A stretch of DNA of 64,000 nt, from NCBI GenBank assembly GCA_030390025.1, contig CM059453.1, positions 6,448,001 through 6,512,000 on the forward strand, written 5' to 3'. This stretch comes from Squalus acanthias. Its lineage: Eukaryota. Below, in pieces: positions 1 through 12,910 of the stretch. Under the pieces are notes generated by a model that did no database searches, was not told the origin of the DNA, and worked only from the letters and a program-made list of their open reading frames with translations. The translations under genes were made by a program, and so were the position numbers. The stretch's first letter is position 1, and each line of letters starts with the position of its first letter.

Positions 1-660
1 CCTCGACTGTACCCGAACCACTTCCTCTTTAAAGGCAGCCCAATGTTCGATTACAGTTCTGCTTGCCAATATTTAATTCCAATTAACCTGGCCCAGATCC
101 ATTCTCAACCCACTGAAATTGGCCTTTTTCCAATTAAGTATTTTTAATCTAGATTGCACCCTGTCCTTTTCCCTTGCTAATCTAAACCTTCTGATACTGT
201 GATCACTTTTCCCTAAATGTCCCCCTACTAACACTTGCTCTACTTGACCCACCTCATTCCCCAGAACCAGATCCAACCATGCGTCCTTCCTCGTTGGGCC
301 AGAAACATCCGGATCAAGAAAGTTTTCCTGAACAGACTATAGAACTTCTTGCCCCTCTCTGCCACTTACACTATTACTATCCCAGACTATATTATCAAGT
401 TGAAGTCCCCAATTATCAATACTCTTTATTTCTGGCACCTCTCTGTAATTTCCCTGCAAAGTTGCTCCTCTATATATTTCCCACTAGTTGATGGTCTATA
501 GAATACACCTAGAAGTGCAATGGCACCTCTATTATTACTCAACTCTAATCAAATATATTCTGTCCTTGGCCCTGCCAGGATATCCTTTCTCTCCAGCACT
601 GTAATATTCTCCTTGTGCAATTCTGCCACCTACCGCCTTTTTTTCCTTCCCTTCCTCTTA
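1..660 (-). mobile_element. CR1 LINE ORF2 endonuclease-region fragment (duplicate at about 4300-4995)
   Basis: LDLVLGNEVGQV..HLGKSDH and LLGVFYRPP motifs in minus-strand ORFs. Confidence 0.85.
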
Positions 661-854
661 CACTCTAGAGAAATGTAAAGCTCAAATCTGTCCAAATCTA
701 ACTGATTTAGTTGTCTCAGCTTCATTCCTACTTTTCCCTGCTTCAGCGGATTTCTCTCTGAAAACGAAAACTTCTGCTTAGCTACCCCAACTGTATAATT
801 CCATTTCACAAGCTCATCTATTATTAGCGTTAATTTCTCTATTTTATCTAAAAG

Positions 855-1645
855 ATAATGCATTTGGGGAGCGTTAACAAGGAAAGGGAATGTACATTAA
901 ATATTGGGACACTGAATAGTGTAGAGGAACAAAGGGACCTTGGAGTGCATGTCCACAGATCCCTGAAGGAAGCAGGACAGGTAGATGAGGTGGTTAAGAA
1001 GGCATACGGAATGCTTGCCTTTATAAGCCTTGGCATAGAGCACAAGAGCAGGGGGGTTATGCTTCAACTGTACAAAACACTAGTTAGGCCTCAGCTAGAG
1101 TACTGCGTGCAGTTCTGGTCACCACATTATAGGAAAGATGTGATTGCATTAGAGAGGTTACAGAGGAGATGTACAAGGATGTTTCCGGGAGTAGAGAATC
1201 TTAGCAATGAGGAAAAACTGGAAAGGTTGTGTTTTTTTTCCTTGTAACTGAGGAGGCAGACGGGAGACCTTATGGAGGTGTATAAAATTATGAGGGGCAC
1301 AGATAAAGTGGATAGAAAGGACCTATTTCCCTTAGCAGAAGGGTCACAAACCAGGGGGCACAGATTTAAAGTAATTGGTGGAAGGTTTGGAGGGATTTGG
1401 GGGGAGATTTCTTCACCCAGATGTTTGCGGGGGTCTGGAACTCACTGCCTGAAAGGTTGGTATAGCCAGGAACCCTAACCACATTTAAAAAGTACTTGGA
1501 TGTGCACTTGGAATGCTGTAATCTGCAAGGCTACTGACCAAGAGCTGGGAAGTGGGATTAGGCTGGATAGCTCTTTGTTGGCCGGCGCGGACACGATGGG
1601 CCGAAATGGCCTCCTCCCGTGCTGTAACATGCTATGATTCTATGA
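855..1645 (+). mobile_element. CR1 LINE 3' end (duplicate at about 5195-5960)
   Basis: LYKTLVRPQLEYCVQFWSPHYRKD motif and terminal (attctatg)n tail. Confidence 0.92.
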
Positions 1646-1649
1646 CTGT

Positions 1650-2052
1650 CAAAAGAAAGACATTGCATTTATATCGCACTTTCACGACCGCCGAACGTCC
1701 CAATGTGCTTTACAGTCAGTGAAGTTCTTTGGAAGAGTAGCAATTTTGCAATGTAAGAAACGCGGCATCCAATTAGCACTCAGCAAGTTCCCACAAACGG
1801 CAACGTGTTGCCTAGGTCCGAAGCTCTGGAATTCCCTCCATAATCCTCGCCTCCTCGCTACCTCACTTTCCTCCATTAAGACATTCCTTAAAACCTACCG
1901 ATTTGACCAAGCTTTTGGTCACCTGCTCTAATTTATCCTTATGTGGCTCGGTGTCAGTTTGTTTGTCTTAAAATACTCCTGTGCATCGCCTTGGGACGTT
2001 TTATGTCGTTAAAGCGCTATATCAATACAAGTTGTTGTTATTGTTGTTGTTG
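1650..2052. mobile_element. Inverted SINE tail fragment followed by an L2-type 3' end with (ttg)n tail (duplicate at about 5960-6358)
   Basis: 1650-1805 is the reverse complement of the SINE tail at 2850-2995. Then follows ccttaaaaccta..ttgaccaagcttttggtcacctg..gcgctatat..(gtt)n. Confidence 0.6.
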
Positions 2053-2619
2053 AATAATTTAGGGAATTTGGTACAGATTCATGCCCCAGTTTGGTTTTAA
2101 TGACCAGTTTAGGGACATTTTTTCTCACCCAGGTACTAGTTATGTTTTTGACTAGTTTAGGGATGTGCGTTTAGTTCTGAGACCCAGTTTGGGTTTAATA
2201 CTGCCGGTTCATATGAAGCATCTTCAGTTTCTCACCCATTGTTCTCTTCTGATGTGCTGCTCCGTGGTGGGTTTGTTTACGCCTAGTGCGTGTACCAGCT
2301 ACAGAGCAGAGGCGTGCAGAGCTCGGTTCTATTAAGAGCACAAATAGTTGTGGTGACTGCAGGCCATCTGTTACGTCTTAGTGTGTAAATCATTTTGGAC
2401 AATTGGAGCAGAATGAGGTTAATTGTGGTCAGCCAGCATCCGGTTATACATTGTGCTGTATTCTGAAATGACCTATAATGTTTGCAGCTTCATGTTTAAG
2501 CTGTAATGTAAAGTGAGAGCCCATAGCATCCATGTTAATAATATATGGAGATAACAAATAATACCTGCTGATAATTATCTCGCTATTAAGTAGTCAGCTG
2601 TGACTGAAAGTCCAAAGAC

Positions 2620-2995
2620 TTCAGCTCACATTCTAAGCTGGCACATCATTGCAGTGCTGCACTGTCGGAGGTGCTGTCTTTAAGATGAAACGATAAAGCG
2701 TGGCCCGTTCCGTCCTTAAGGTAGTCCTAAAAATAAAAGCATGCCACTATTTCGAAGAAGAGCAGCAAAGATCTCGGCGGTTTCCTGGGCCAATATTAAT
2801 CCTTCAACCAACATAACCAAAACAAATTATCCGGCTATTATCAGATAGTTGTTTGTGGGAGCTTGTTGTGCTCAAATGGTCTGCCACGTTTCATACATTA
2901 CAAAAGTGACTACACATCAAAAGTACTTAATTGGCTGTAAAACGTTTTGGGTTGTCCTGAGGTGATGAAAGGCTCAATATAAATGTAACTTCTTT
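2620..2995 (+). mobile_element. DeuSINE (SacSINE1-like) element; duplicate at about 6925-7305, family copies at about 16730-16915(-), 38200-38545(-), 56015-56265(+), 61560-61960(+)
   Basis: Dispersed repeat with a gcactgtcggaggtgc..gatga..aaa core and the tail aagtacttcattggctgtaaa..tatataaatg. Confidence 0.7.
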
Positions 2996-3635
2996 CTTAC
3001 ATTGTATCTTCCACGTTCTACACTTAGATGTTGCTGCATGTGACGTTATTAACAAATCGATAACATCTTTATGCCACAATTACCCCTCTCCAGTACTAAT
3101 AAAAGGTGCAAATTTAGTTGTTAAAACGGATGAAATACTTTGTCTTCACTTTCAGGCGCTGGCCGACCCGCGGTGTTTTTCAACATTTTATCTCTTTTTA
3201 TTCGAATGGATTGGCGCTGCTGGGATTGTAATATATTTATTTCAAACAGAGACAAAAGCCATATTTGGTTCCTTTATCAGACACTAAGCATTGCAAACAG
3301 ACCCACTCCCACACAAAACATATTCCACCAGCCATTTCCAACTGCAAACTGCAAACCACTCGGCGATGAGGTCACACATTCCCGCAACAAATGGACAGGA
3401 CAATACATCAAAACCACCAATGCAGCGCAGTTCTGACTGATTCTCAAAATGCTGCAGGGAATGGCTTTAAGATGGTTCGGTGGCATGTGGAAAATGAACT
3501 GCATCTCTCACTCGCTGCATCCTCATTGTGTTGAATTTAAAGTTCGTCACATCAACTCCCACTTTACCTCTATCCTTTCTCAAGATCTCCAATCAGTGAA
3601 GCTCTACCGTATTCCCCCTCCCAACCTAGAAGCAA

Positions 3636-4290
3636 AGAATCATAGAATGGGTTACAGCACTGAAGGAGGACATTAGGCCCGTCGAGCACGTGCCAGCTCT
3701 CTGCAAGAGCACTTCAGCTAGTCCCACTGCCCCCGCCCTTTCCCCGTAGCCCTGCAATTCTTTTTTCCTAATGTTACTCTGTCTGTTCCCTTTTGAAAGC
3801 CACGATTGATTCTTCCTCCACCACCCTTTCAGTCAGTGCATTGCACATCATAACCATTCGCGGCGTCTAAAAAGTTTTTCCGCATGTTGCCTTTGATTCT
3901 TCTGCCAATCACCTTGATCTGTGTCTTCTGGTTCTCGACACCTTTCGTCAATGGGAGCAGTTTTTCTCCATCTACTCGGTCTAGACCCCTCATGATTTTG
4001 AACACCTCTATCAAATCTCCTCTCAACCTTCTCTGCTCTAAGGAGAACAACCCCTGCTTCTCCAGTCTATCCAAGTAACTGAAGGCCCCCATCCATGGAA
4101 GCCAACTTCTCATCTTTTCTGCACCCTCTCTAAGTCCTTCACATCCTTCCTAAAGTGCAGTGCCCAGTATTGGACACAATGCCTCAGTTGAGGCCGAACC
4201 TGTGTTGTTTAAATCTTCAGCATGACTTCCGAGCATTTGAATTCTAAGACTCTATTTATGAAGACCAGGATACCGTAGGCTTTTTAGTTA
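3636..4290 (-). mobile_element. CR1 LINE 3' end
   Basis: GLFSLEQRRLRGDLIEVFKIMRG in ORF 3829..4113; agaatcatagaat tail at the left end. Confidence 0.88.
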
Positions 4291-7200
4291 TTTAAACAGG
4301 ATTTGGTCGGTCTTCCTTTCCCCCTCGTAGGAATGTACCTCGACTGTACCCGAACCACTTCCTCTTTAAAGGCATCCCATTGTTCGATTACAGTTCTGCT
4401 TGCCAATATTTAATTCCAATTAACCTGGGCCAGATCCATTCTCAACCCACTGAAATTGGCCTTTTTCCAATTAAGTATTTTTACTCTAGATTGCTCTCTG
4501 TCCTTTTCCATTGCTAATCTAAACCTTCTGATACTGTGATCACTTTTCCCTAAATGTCCCCCTACTGACACTTGCTCTACTTGACCCACCTCATTCCCCA
4601 GAACCAGATCCAGCCATGCGTCCTTCCTCGTTGGGCCAGAAAGATACGGATCAAGAACGTTTTCCTGAACAGACTATAGAACTTCTTGCCCCTCTCTGCC
4701 CTTTACACTATTACTATCCCAGACTATATTAGGACAGTTGAATTCTGCCATTATCAATACTCTGTATTTCTGGCACCTCTCTGTAATTTCCCTGCAAAGT
4801 TGCTCCACTATATATTTCCCACTAGTTGGTGGCCTATAGAATACACCTAGAAGTGCAATGGCACCTCTATTATTACTCAATTCTAATCAAATAGATTCTG
4901 TCCTTGGCCCCGCCAGGATATCCTTTCTCTCCAGCACTGTAATATTCTCCTTGTGCAATTCTGGCACCCACCTCCTTTTTCTCCTTCCCTTCCTCTTACA
5001 CTCTAGAGTAATGTAAAGCTCTAATCTGTCCAAACGTAACTGATTGAGTTGTCTCAGCTTCATTCCTACTTTTCCTTGCTTCAGCGGATTTCACTCTGAA
5101 AACGAAAACTTCTGCTTAGCTACCCCAAATGTATAATTCCATTTCACAAGCTCATCTATTATTAGCGTTAATTTCTCTATTTTATCTAAAAGGTAATGCA
5201 TTTGTGGAGCGCTAACAAGGAAGGGGAATATACATTAAATATTAGGACACTGAATAGTGTAGAGGAACAGAACCCACGAAGGAAGCAGGCCAGGTAGATA
5301 AGGTGGTTAAGAAGGCATACGGAATGCTTGCCTTTATTAGCCGTGGCATAGAGCACAAGAGCAGGGGGGTTATGCTTCAACTGTACAAAACACTAGTTAG
5401 GCCTCAGCTAGAGTACTGCGTGCAGTTCTGGTCACCACATTATAGGAAAGATGTGATTGCACTAGAGAGGTTACAGAGGAGATGTACAAGGATGTTGCCG
5501 GGAGTAGATAATCTTAGCAATGAGGAAAGATTGGAAAGGCTGGGTCTGTTTAACTTGTAACAGAGGAGGCAGACGGGAGACCTTATAGAGGTGTATAAAA
5601 TTATGTGGGGCACAGATAAAGTGGATAGAAAGGACCTATTTCCCTTAGCAGAAGGGTCACAAACCAGGAGACACAGATTTAAAGTAATTGGTGGAAGGTT
5701 TAGAGGGATTTGAGGGGAAATGTCTTCACCCAGAGTGTTGCGGGGGTCTGGAACTCATTGCCTGAAAGGGTGATAGAGGCAGGAACACTAACCATTTTTA
5801 AAAAGTACTTGGATGTGCACTTGGAATGCTGTAACCTGCAGGGCTTCGGACGAAGAGCTTGGAAGTGGGATAAGGCTGGATAGCTCTTTGTGGCCAGCGC
5901 GGACACGATGGGCCGAAATGGCCTCCTCCCGTGCTGTAACTTGCTATGATTCTATGACTGTAAAAAGAATGACATTGCATATATATATCATTTTTCACGA
6001 CCACCGAACGTCCCAATGTGCTTTACAGTCAGTGAAGTTCTTTTGAAGTGTAGCAATTTTGCAATGTAAGAAACGCGGCATCCAATTAGCACTCATCAAG
6101 TTCCCACAAACGGCAACGTGTTGCCTCGGTCCGAAGCTCTGGAATCCCTTCATAATCCTCGCCGCCTCGCTACCTCACTTTCCTCCATTAAGACATTCCT
6201 TAAAACCTACCGATTTGACCAAGCTTTTGGTCACCTGCTCTAATTTATCGTTGTGTGGCTCGGTATCAGTTTGTTTGCTTTAAAATACTCCTGTGCAGCG
6301 CCTTGGGACGTTTTATGTCGTTAAAGGCGCTATATCAATACTGTTATTGTTGTTGTTGTAAAATTTAGGGAATTTGGTACAGATTCATGCCCCAGTTTGT
6401 TTTTAATGACTAGTTTAGGGACATTTTTTCTCACCCAGGTACTAGTTATGTTTTTGACTAGTTTAGGGATGTGCGTTTAGTTCTGAGACCCAGTTTGGGT
6501 TTAATACTGCCGGTTCATATGAAGCATCTTCAGTTTCTCACCCATTGTTCTCTTCTGATGTGCTGCTCCGCGGTGGGTTTGTTTACGCCTAGTGCGTGTA
6601 CCAGCTACAGAGCAGAGGCGTGCAGAGCTCGGTTCTATTAAGAGCACAAATAGTTGTGGTAACTGCAGGCCATCTGTTACGTCTTAGGGTGTAAATCATT
6701 TTGGACAATTGAACCAGAATGAGGTTAATTGTGGTCAGGCAGCATCCGGTGATACATTGTGCTGTATTGTGAAATGACCTATAATGTTTGCAGCTTCATG
6801 TTTAAGCTGTAATGTAAAGTGAGAGCCCATAGCATCCATGTTAATAATATATGGAGATAACAAATAATACCTGCTGATAATTATCTCGCTATTAAGTAAT
6901 CAGCTGTGACTGAAAGTCCAGAGACTTCAGCTCACATACTAAGCTAGCACATCATTGCAGTGCTGCACTGTCGGTGGTGCTGCCTTTAAGATGAAACGAT
7001 AAAGCGTGGCCCGTTCCGTCCTTAAGGTCGTCCTAAAAATAAAAGCATGCCACTATTTCGAAGAAGAGCAGCAAAGATCTCGGCGGTGTCCTGGGCCAAT
7101 ATTAATCCTTCAACCAACATAACCAAAACAAATTAACCAGCTATTATCAGATAGTTGTTTGTGGGAGCTTGCTGTGCTCAAATGGTCTGCCACGTTTCAT

Positions 7201-8559
7201 ACATTACAAAAGTGACTACACGTCAAAAGTACTTAATTGGCTGTAAAACGTTTTGGGTCGTCCTGAGGTGATGAAAGGCTCCATATAAATGTAACTTCTT
7301 TCTTCCACGTTCTCCACTTAGATGTTACTGCATGTGACGTTATTAACAAATCGATAACATCTTTATACCACAATTACCCCTCTCCAGTACTAATAAAAGG
7401 TGCAAATTTATTTGATAAAACGGATGAAAAACTTTGTCTTCACTTTCAGGCGCAGGCCGACCCGCGGTGTTTTTCAATATTTTACATATTTTTTTATGAA
7501 TGTATTGCCTCTTCTGGGATCGTAAATTTGTTTTCAAACAGAGACAAAAGGCATATCTGGTTCTTTAATCAGATTCTAAATTTTGGAAACTGGACCACTC
7601 TCACCCACAACATATTCCACCGCCCACCTCTTAGAGTCAACTGCAACCCATTAGGCAATGAGGTCAGACATTGCATTTCACTTTGGACTAGGCAAACATT
7701 AATAGCAGTAAGGCAGCGTATTTCTGAATAATTTGCACAATGTTGCAGGAAAGGGCGGTTAAGATGGCTTGGGTAGAATGTGGAATATCAATGGGTAGTT
7801 CTTGCACGCTCATCGTGTTGAATTCAGGGTTCATCACAAGACCACCCACTCCAAACCTATTCTTACGCAAGTTCTCAAAACAGTGAAGCTCTTCCATACG
7901 CTCCTCTCCAATCTTCACTTCCACCTACAATCTAGAGATATTTAAAGCCATAGTCAGTCCTAATCAAACTCCTTGAGTTATCTCAACTTCATTCCAACTT
8001 CATTGGGTTTCTCTGTGAAAACTAAAACGATTACTAATCTGTCCCCAATGACATCCTTCATTTCGCAAGTTCAATTCTTTCTACCATTACTTTCTCTATT
8101 TGTTTCTTATCTTTTCTTGTTCACTGTGGCTTTTGTTTACTCTCTCTCGCATACTGTCTTCCTCTCCCTTTCTGTCTCTCTCACGCTCCGTATCTCTCTC
8201 AGTTTAGTAACGATGGCATGGAGTTTGCGCTAGGGGTGCAATCAGGAAAATGCTCCCAGAATGCGCTGGACAATGCATCGGCTTTGACGAGGTGAAGTTG
8301 CGATCAAGAGTTCACGATAAATCATTAACATATGCCCAGGCGTAAACATCCCCATGAATCAGCGAGCAGCTAAATTGATCAGAATCGATTTGTGTCTGGA
8401 ACAATGACATTTCGACAACATCACAAAGCGGCGCAGATTTCCGAGGAAATAAGCCTCTCTGATTGGTCAATGAGGGTGAAGTCTCACCAGTCAAATTCAA
8501 ATATCCAAAAGTGCTCCCTTTTTAAAGACGCACAAACAATAAAGTTCAAATTGTCAGTG

Positions 8560-9520
8560 ATTGACAGGAAAAACAATTTTACATTATAATATTACTTGTC
8601 GTGTCGTCTATGCACTTTAGTCCCACCATTTCCCACTGGTCGTGGAATGCCTCAACCGCACCTGCGGACACCGCGTGTTCCCTCTTCAATGACAGCTGGC
8701 TGTGGACATAGCTGCGAAGGAAATCATTCGGACCGAATGATCGCCTCGACCACGTGCTGACTGGACCTCTTAATGGCAATCTTGGTAAGGCCCAGGATCA
8801 CACCCACAGGAGGTCCACCGACCTGCCGGCCCACCACCACACGGTCTGGACAAAGATCAGGACCATGGGAATCAAGTGCAGCCGGAAATTGGCGACCAGA
8901 TCCTTCAAACAGCGGCAGAAAGGCTGCAACATTTCACACTCCAGATTGATGTGAAACACGGACTCATCTATGCCTTGAAAATGCAGGCAACCTGGGAGAA
9001 CGCGATACTGTTTTGATATCTGTCCAGCTGACTGCTCCGTGCATTACTCTTCACAGAGAGGCCCGATAGAAGAGAGAAGGGCTCCCGCGTAGAGAGTTCT
9101 CCACTGGGGAGCTGGGCCTCCGCCGCATTTAAAACAAGCCATTGTTCTAACTGATTTTATGCTCTTGCCTTCAATTGACTGCTGGTACATCTTGGTGCAT
9201 AAGACCTGTGACCGGCAGTCACTTGGAATCAAACTGGTGTGCCCTGCTCTCTTCTAAGTGAATGAATGTAGATGCATTTAAAGGAATGTATCGTAATAAC
9301 ACCAGCAAGAGAAAGACAGCAGTGTCCAGCTTCATTGCTTGCTGGTCCTGGCAGATCCAAGTCAATAACGCTGGATTGCTGTGACCACGGGTGCCTGTAC
9401 GCCCGAGTTTCTGGACACAATCTGATGAACATCTCCAAACGGATGCACTCTGCTGAAACAGGCCCAATTTTGTCAGCTGGTCTCCTTCGTTCGAACGACG
9501 AATGGGGAGGAGGCGATGTT
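8560..9520 (-). mobile_element. Degenerate Tx1-type (L1 clade) LINE ORF2 C-terminus
   Basis: Minus-strand translation gives a CCHC knuckle remnant (CLHFQGIDESVFHINLEC) followed by LTKIAIKRS and FLRSYVHSQLSLKREHAVSAGAVEAFHDQW, resembling Tx1 ORF2 ends. Confidence 0.7.
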
Positions 9521-9739
9521 TCTGGAGGAAGGGGAGCGGTGAGAAGTAGTTGATAGGGAGTGGGGGTATACAGAATAAGTGACCTACAAAGTGGTCCGAT
9601 GCAGAACAGGAGCTAAATAAATGGCGGAAGTGAAAATAGTGTAAAACGAAAGAGAAAAGAGCCCCAGCACGTTCAATCTTTCCTGATAGATGTAACCTTT
9701 CGATCTCCCCCCAAATTTTGCTGATATCTGTGCTTTAGT

Positions 9740-10005
9740 CATGGTAAGGGGAGGGCGGGACTGGGGAGGGGAGAAGGGGAAGGGGAGGAATGGGCGGGAG
9801 GTGAGGGAGGTGGGGAAGTTTGTGGACGGGCTTTAAGAGATATGAGTGGGAGGGGAGAAGGTGATGGGGAGTTGGGGGATAGGGAGGAGGGCGAGGAGGG
9901 GATATTGGGTGGTGGGGAAGGGTGAAAGGGAAAAGGAGGTGGAAAGAGGCGGAGAGGAGAGAAGGAGAGAGTGGGGTATAGGGGAGGGGGATGGAGTAGG
10001 GAAAG
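9740..10005 (+). repeat. GA-rich low-complexity polypurine tract
   Basis: Nearly pure G/A with many G3-G5 runs. Confidence 0.85.
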
Positions 10006-10039
10006 ACCACATAACGATAAAATGACCTGTGAAGTGTAA

Positions 10040-11098
10040 GGACATTTTTATGGATCAGGGCAGAAAAGCCCTGAGGAAAAATGACTTTGCATGAACCCTT
10101 GCAGTCAATCCAACCAAAGAGGATGAGCCTCAACCAAAACCTCACAAACTCATTCAAAAGTGAATAATCCAAGACCCCTTTTGAAATCCCCAGGCCCAAA
10201 CAGGATGCTAGAAGCCTGAATAAAACCGGAAGCCATCAGGACAAGATAACACCAAGGTAAAATCATTAAACTTAACGAGCCCGTCAAAACCTAAGAGAAT
10301 AGAATGAACAGGCCTCAACTGAAACCTAATTCACTTCAGAACGAAACGGATTTAGTAAAGCGGTTTTGGCGCGAAAAACACAATAAAGCCACTTCAATTT
10401 ATTATAATTGAAGGCCCATCAAACAGTTACAGTTCAAGTTCAACAGAAGGCAGTTCTGCAGTTCAATCAAAAAGCCTTTTTTTCAGCAAGATGTCAGGGC
10501 TGGAGTTACAGAGTTCAGGACAAGCAGGCAGAAGGCAGTTTCCACAGTTCTGCAAGAAGGCAGTTCCACAGCTCGGAAGAAGACAGTTTAAACAGAGGCA
10601 GAGTTACAGCAAGAAGTTCAACAAAGAAGGCCAGCAACTTCAGAAGCAGACCGACACGCAAGAAGAAACCAGAGCAACTGCCTCAGTGACCTTCGGACAC
10701 CTCGCGGCAACAAGGGCCTTATGAAACCTTTTACTCAAAAGACTCGAAACCCTAACTCCCAACTGTCAAGGATTCGTTTGGTGAGAATTATCCCTGGTTC
10801 TCCAGAGTCCACCCTAGCTCGAGAAGTGGGATTGGGAGGTGTGAAGTATTCTTCTAATGTTATTTCCCTCGCCTGTTCCGCGTGTTCTCCAACCTGTGTA
10901 TAAGTGTTTAGTGTGTTTTAAGTTTGTTACCTTTTTCTTTTAATAAAGTCAAAATTCTTTCATCAGAACCAGTTGTCTACTGCATCTTTGTTCACAACCC
11001 CTAAATAAGTCCAAGGTCTAGAACCAGGGGAGTGGGAGCGATTCCATCCACTCACTGAGTCAGAGGTGAGGCTGACCCCTACCACTCCACCCCCTACA
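10040..11098 (+). repeat. 5' LTR (5'-truncated), followed by a PBS-like sequence
   Basis: Homologous to 14540-15692; AATAAA at 10942; ends in TACA. The following tgccgaacgtggcaggagt loosely resembles a tRNA-Arg primer-binding site. Confidence 0.8.
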
Positions 11099-11328
11099 TA
11101 ATGCCGAACGTGGCAGGAGTTTGGCAAAAATGTTATGAAGCATTTGACACTGGTTTTGAGGAGAGAACTGTAATGGAATAGAGGTTTTCAGATTATGTGT
11201 TCAGCAAGGTGATTTTGGAAAAGAAGTGGGGCACTACTGTTAAAGACTGGGCGCCCGGTAGATGCAGCAGCTAAATGGACAGAAGGTAAGGATCATAAAA
11301 AAATCCTTACAAAAAGGCAGTCTGGCTG

Positions 11329-12910
11329 ATGTGCTTCAAGAAACAGATCCAACTTTTGGACAGACTCGTTGAAGCACAGGCAGCCGAGATTCGGGAGTCA
11401 GCCCTGGAAGTCCAAACAAAGGCCCTAGCAGGGGAGAAGTTACTGTTAGCATTGCAGGCTCTAAACCAGGAAAGGGTGCAGTTAGTGTGGGAGCATAATA
11501 CCCGGCAGGAATATTTACAGTGTCACGTCACAGAGGCCAATAATAATGAGCTGAGGTTGCAGGAAAAGAAAGCCCGCCTGTCAAAACAAGTAAGAGAGCA
11601 GGAGGAGACAGTAAAAGGCTTACAGGTAGCCTATAAGGTAATGAGCGCACAGGGGTTTGAGGATGCAGACCATGGCCCCTGCCAGAAGCAGGTAGAGAGT
11701 CTGAACCTTGCTCTAAGTAAGGCAAAAGGCATGGTGAGCCTCATAAACCCGAGTGCAGCCAAGGTCGACTTTATAGGGAACCTGGGGAGAACGGTTCAGA
11801 CAACACAGATAGTGCCAAGGGACGACGCGGTTGAGGAGCAGGAGGGCCCACGACCACCACCAATAGCGCCAAACTTTAGCGACGTCTGACAAGAAGCGGG
11901 GTGGAGTTAGGGGCAGAAGCTGAGGTGGAAAAACCCCCGCAAGAGAGGCTGGGACCGGGGCCGATGTGCCCGGCCCGGCAGCAAATGATTGGCCCACCCG
12001 CTGACAATGGGGTTGGGGGACCCCTCCAAAATCACTTCATGGCTCCCCACGGTACACAACAGCTTAGGGCTTTGGTAAGTAAACTCACCCAACAGGGGGA
12101 CCCCTCAGTCCACTTCATGGAAGTGGCACAGGCAGCAGGCATCAATGACTGTGATGATGCCTTGTGGCAAAAATGCTCCTGCTCTCACTGGATGGCAAGT
12201 TATCCCAGTCCCTCTCTGCTGAGAGCAAGAGAGGACAGAAAGGGTATGCTGCCGTCAGAGAGGAAGTTTTTGAGGCCATGGAGATAAATGATGGAAGTCC
12301 TTTCTCCCGGGTGGATAAAACAGTGCAGCTCGAATGGGAGACCCCACAGGCTTTCGCAGACAGGCTGTGGCCTGTGTACAGGAGTGCTTTTAATGGGGAT
12401 CTCGATCGAGCGAACCTAAACCGGGACGAGCTGGCCCACTGGCTCCGAAGCCTAGTGGTAAACAGCTTGGCACGAATCAAAACAAAGTCTGAGCTTTAGT
12501 TTGACCCGAGGGACCCCCGGTGCACCGAAGAGGCAGTGGTCAGACAGCTGACCCTGGCCTACCGGAACAGTAGAGGGGCTGAAGAGCCCCAACAAAAAGG
12601 GAAAGTGCATGAAATGAAACTTGCCCAGGGTAGGAAAGGTGGCATCAGTAAGGTAATAACCCTTCCAGCACAAGGCTTAACTTTTCCGGGTGTGGGAAGG
12701 ATGGATACTGGAGGAAGGAGTCTAAGAATCCTTGGAAAGATAACAATGGTAAGAATTCCTCAACCCCATCCCAAAAGGCAGAGACAGGGATCCCTCCCGC
12801 CACGGTCGAGTCATTTTTGGACGCCATGAGTACCAAATTGACTGGCCCAGGGAAGGTAGCAGCAACCACCGGTGCTCTGACACCATCTGCCTAATACAAC
12901 CCAGACCTAT
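11329..12910 (+). pseudogene. Disrupted retrotransposon gag (coiled coil, capsid, zinc knuckle)
   Basis: Consecutive ORF fragments 11329-11889, 11901-12287 and 12164-12499 with an MHR-like motif; decayed CCHC at about 12681-12723. Confidence 0.75.

Larger units (their letters stand above)
1..7920. repeat. Tandem segmental duplication, period about 4.34 kb (1-~3635 vs 4338-~7920)
   Basis: The window start cctcgactgtacccgaacc recurs at 4338. The copies are near-identical, including the same CR1, L2 and SINE insertions, until about 3190/7485. Confidence 0.95.

Noticed and set aside
9735-10199. Proline-rich 154-aa ORF
   Set aside because: Translation artefact of the G/A-rich tract.
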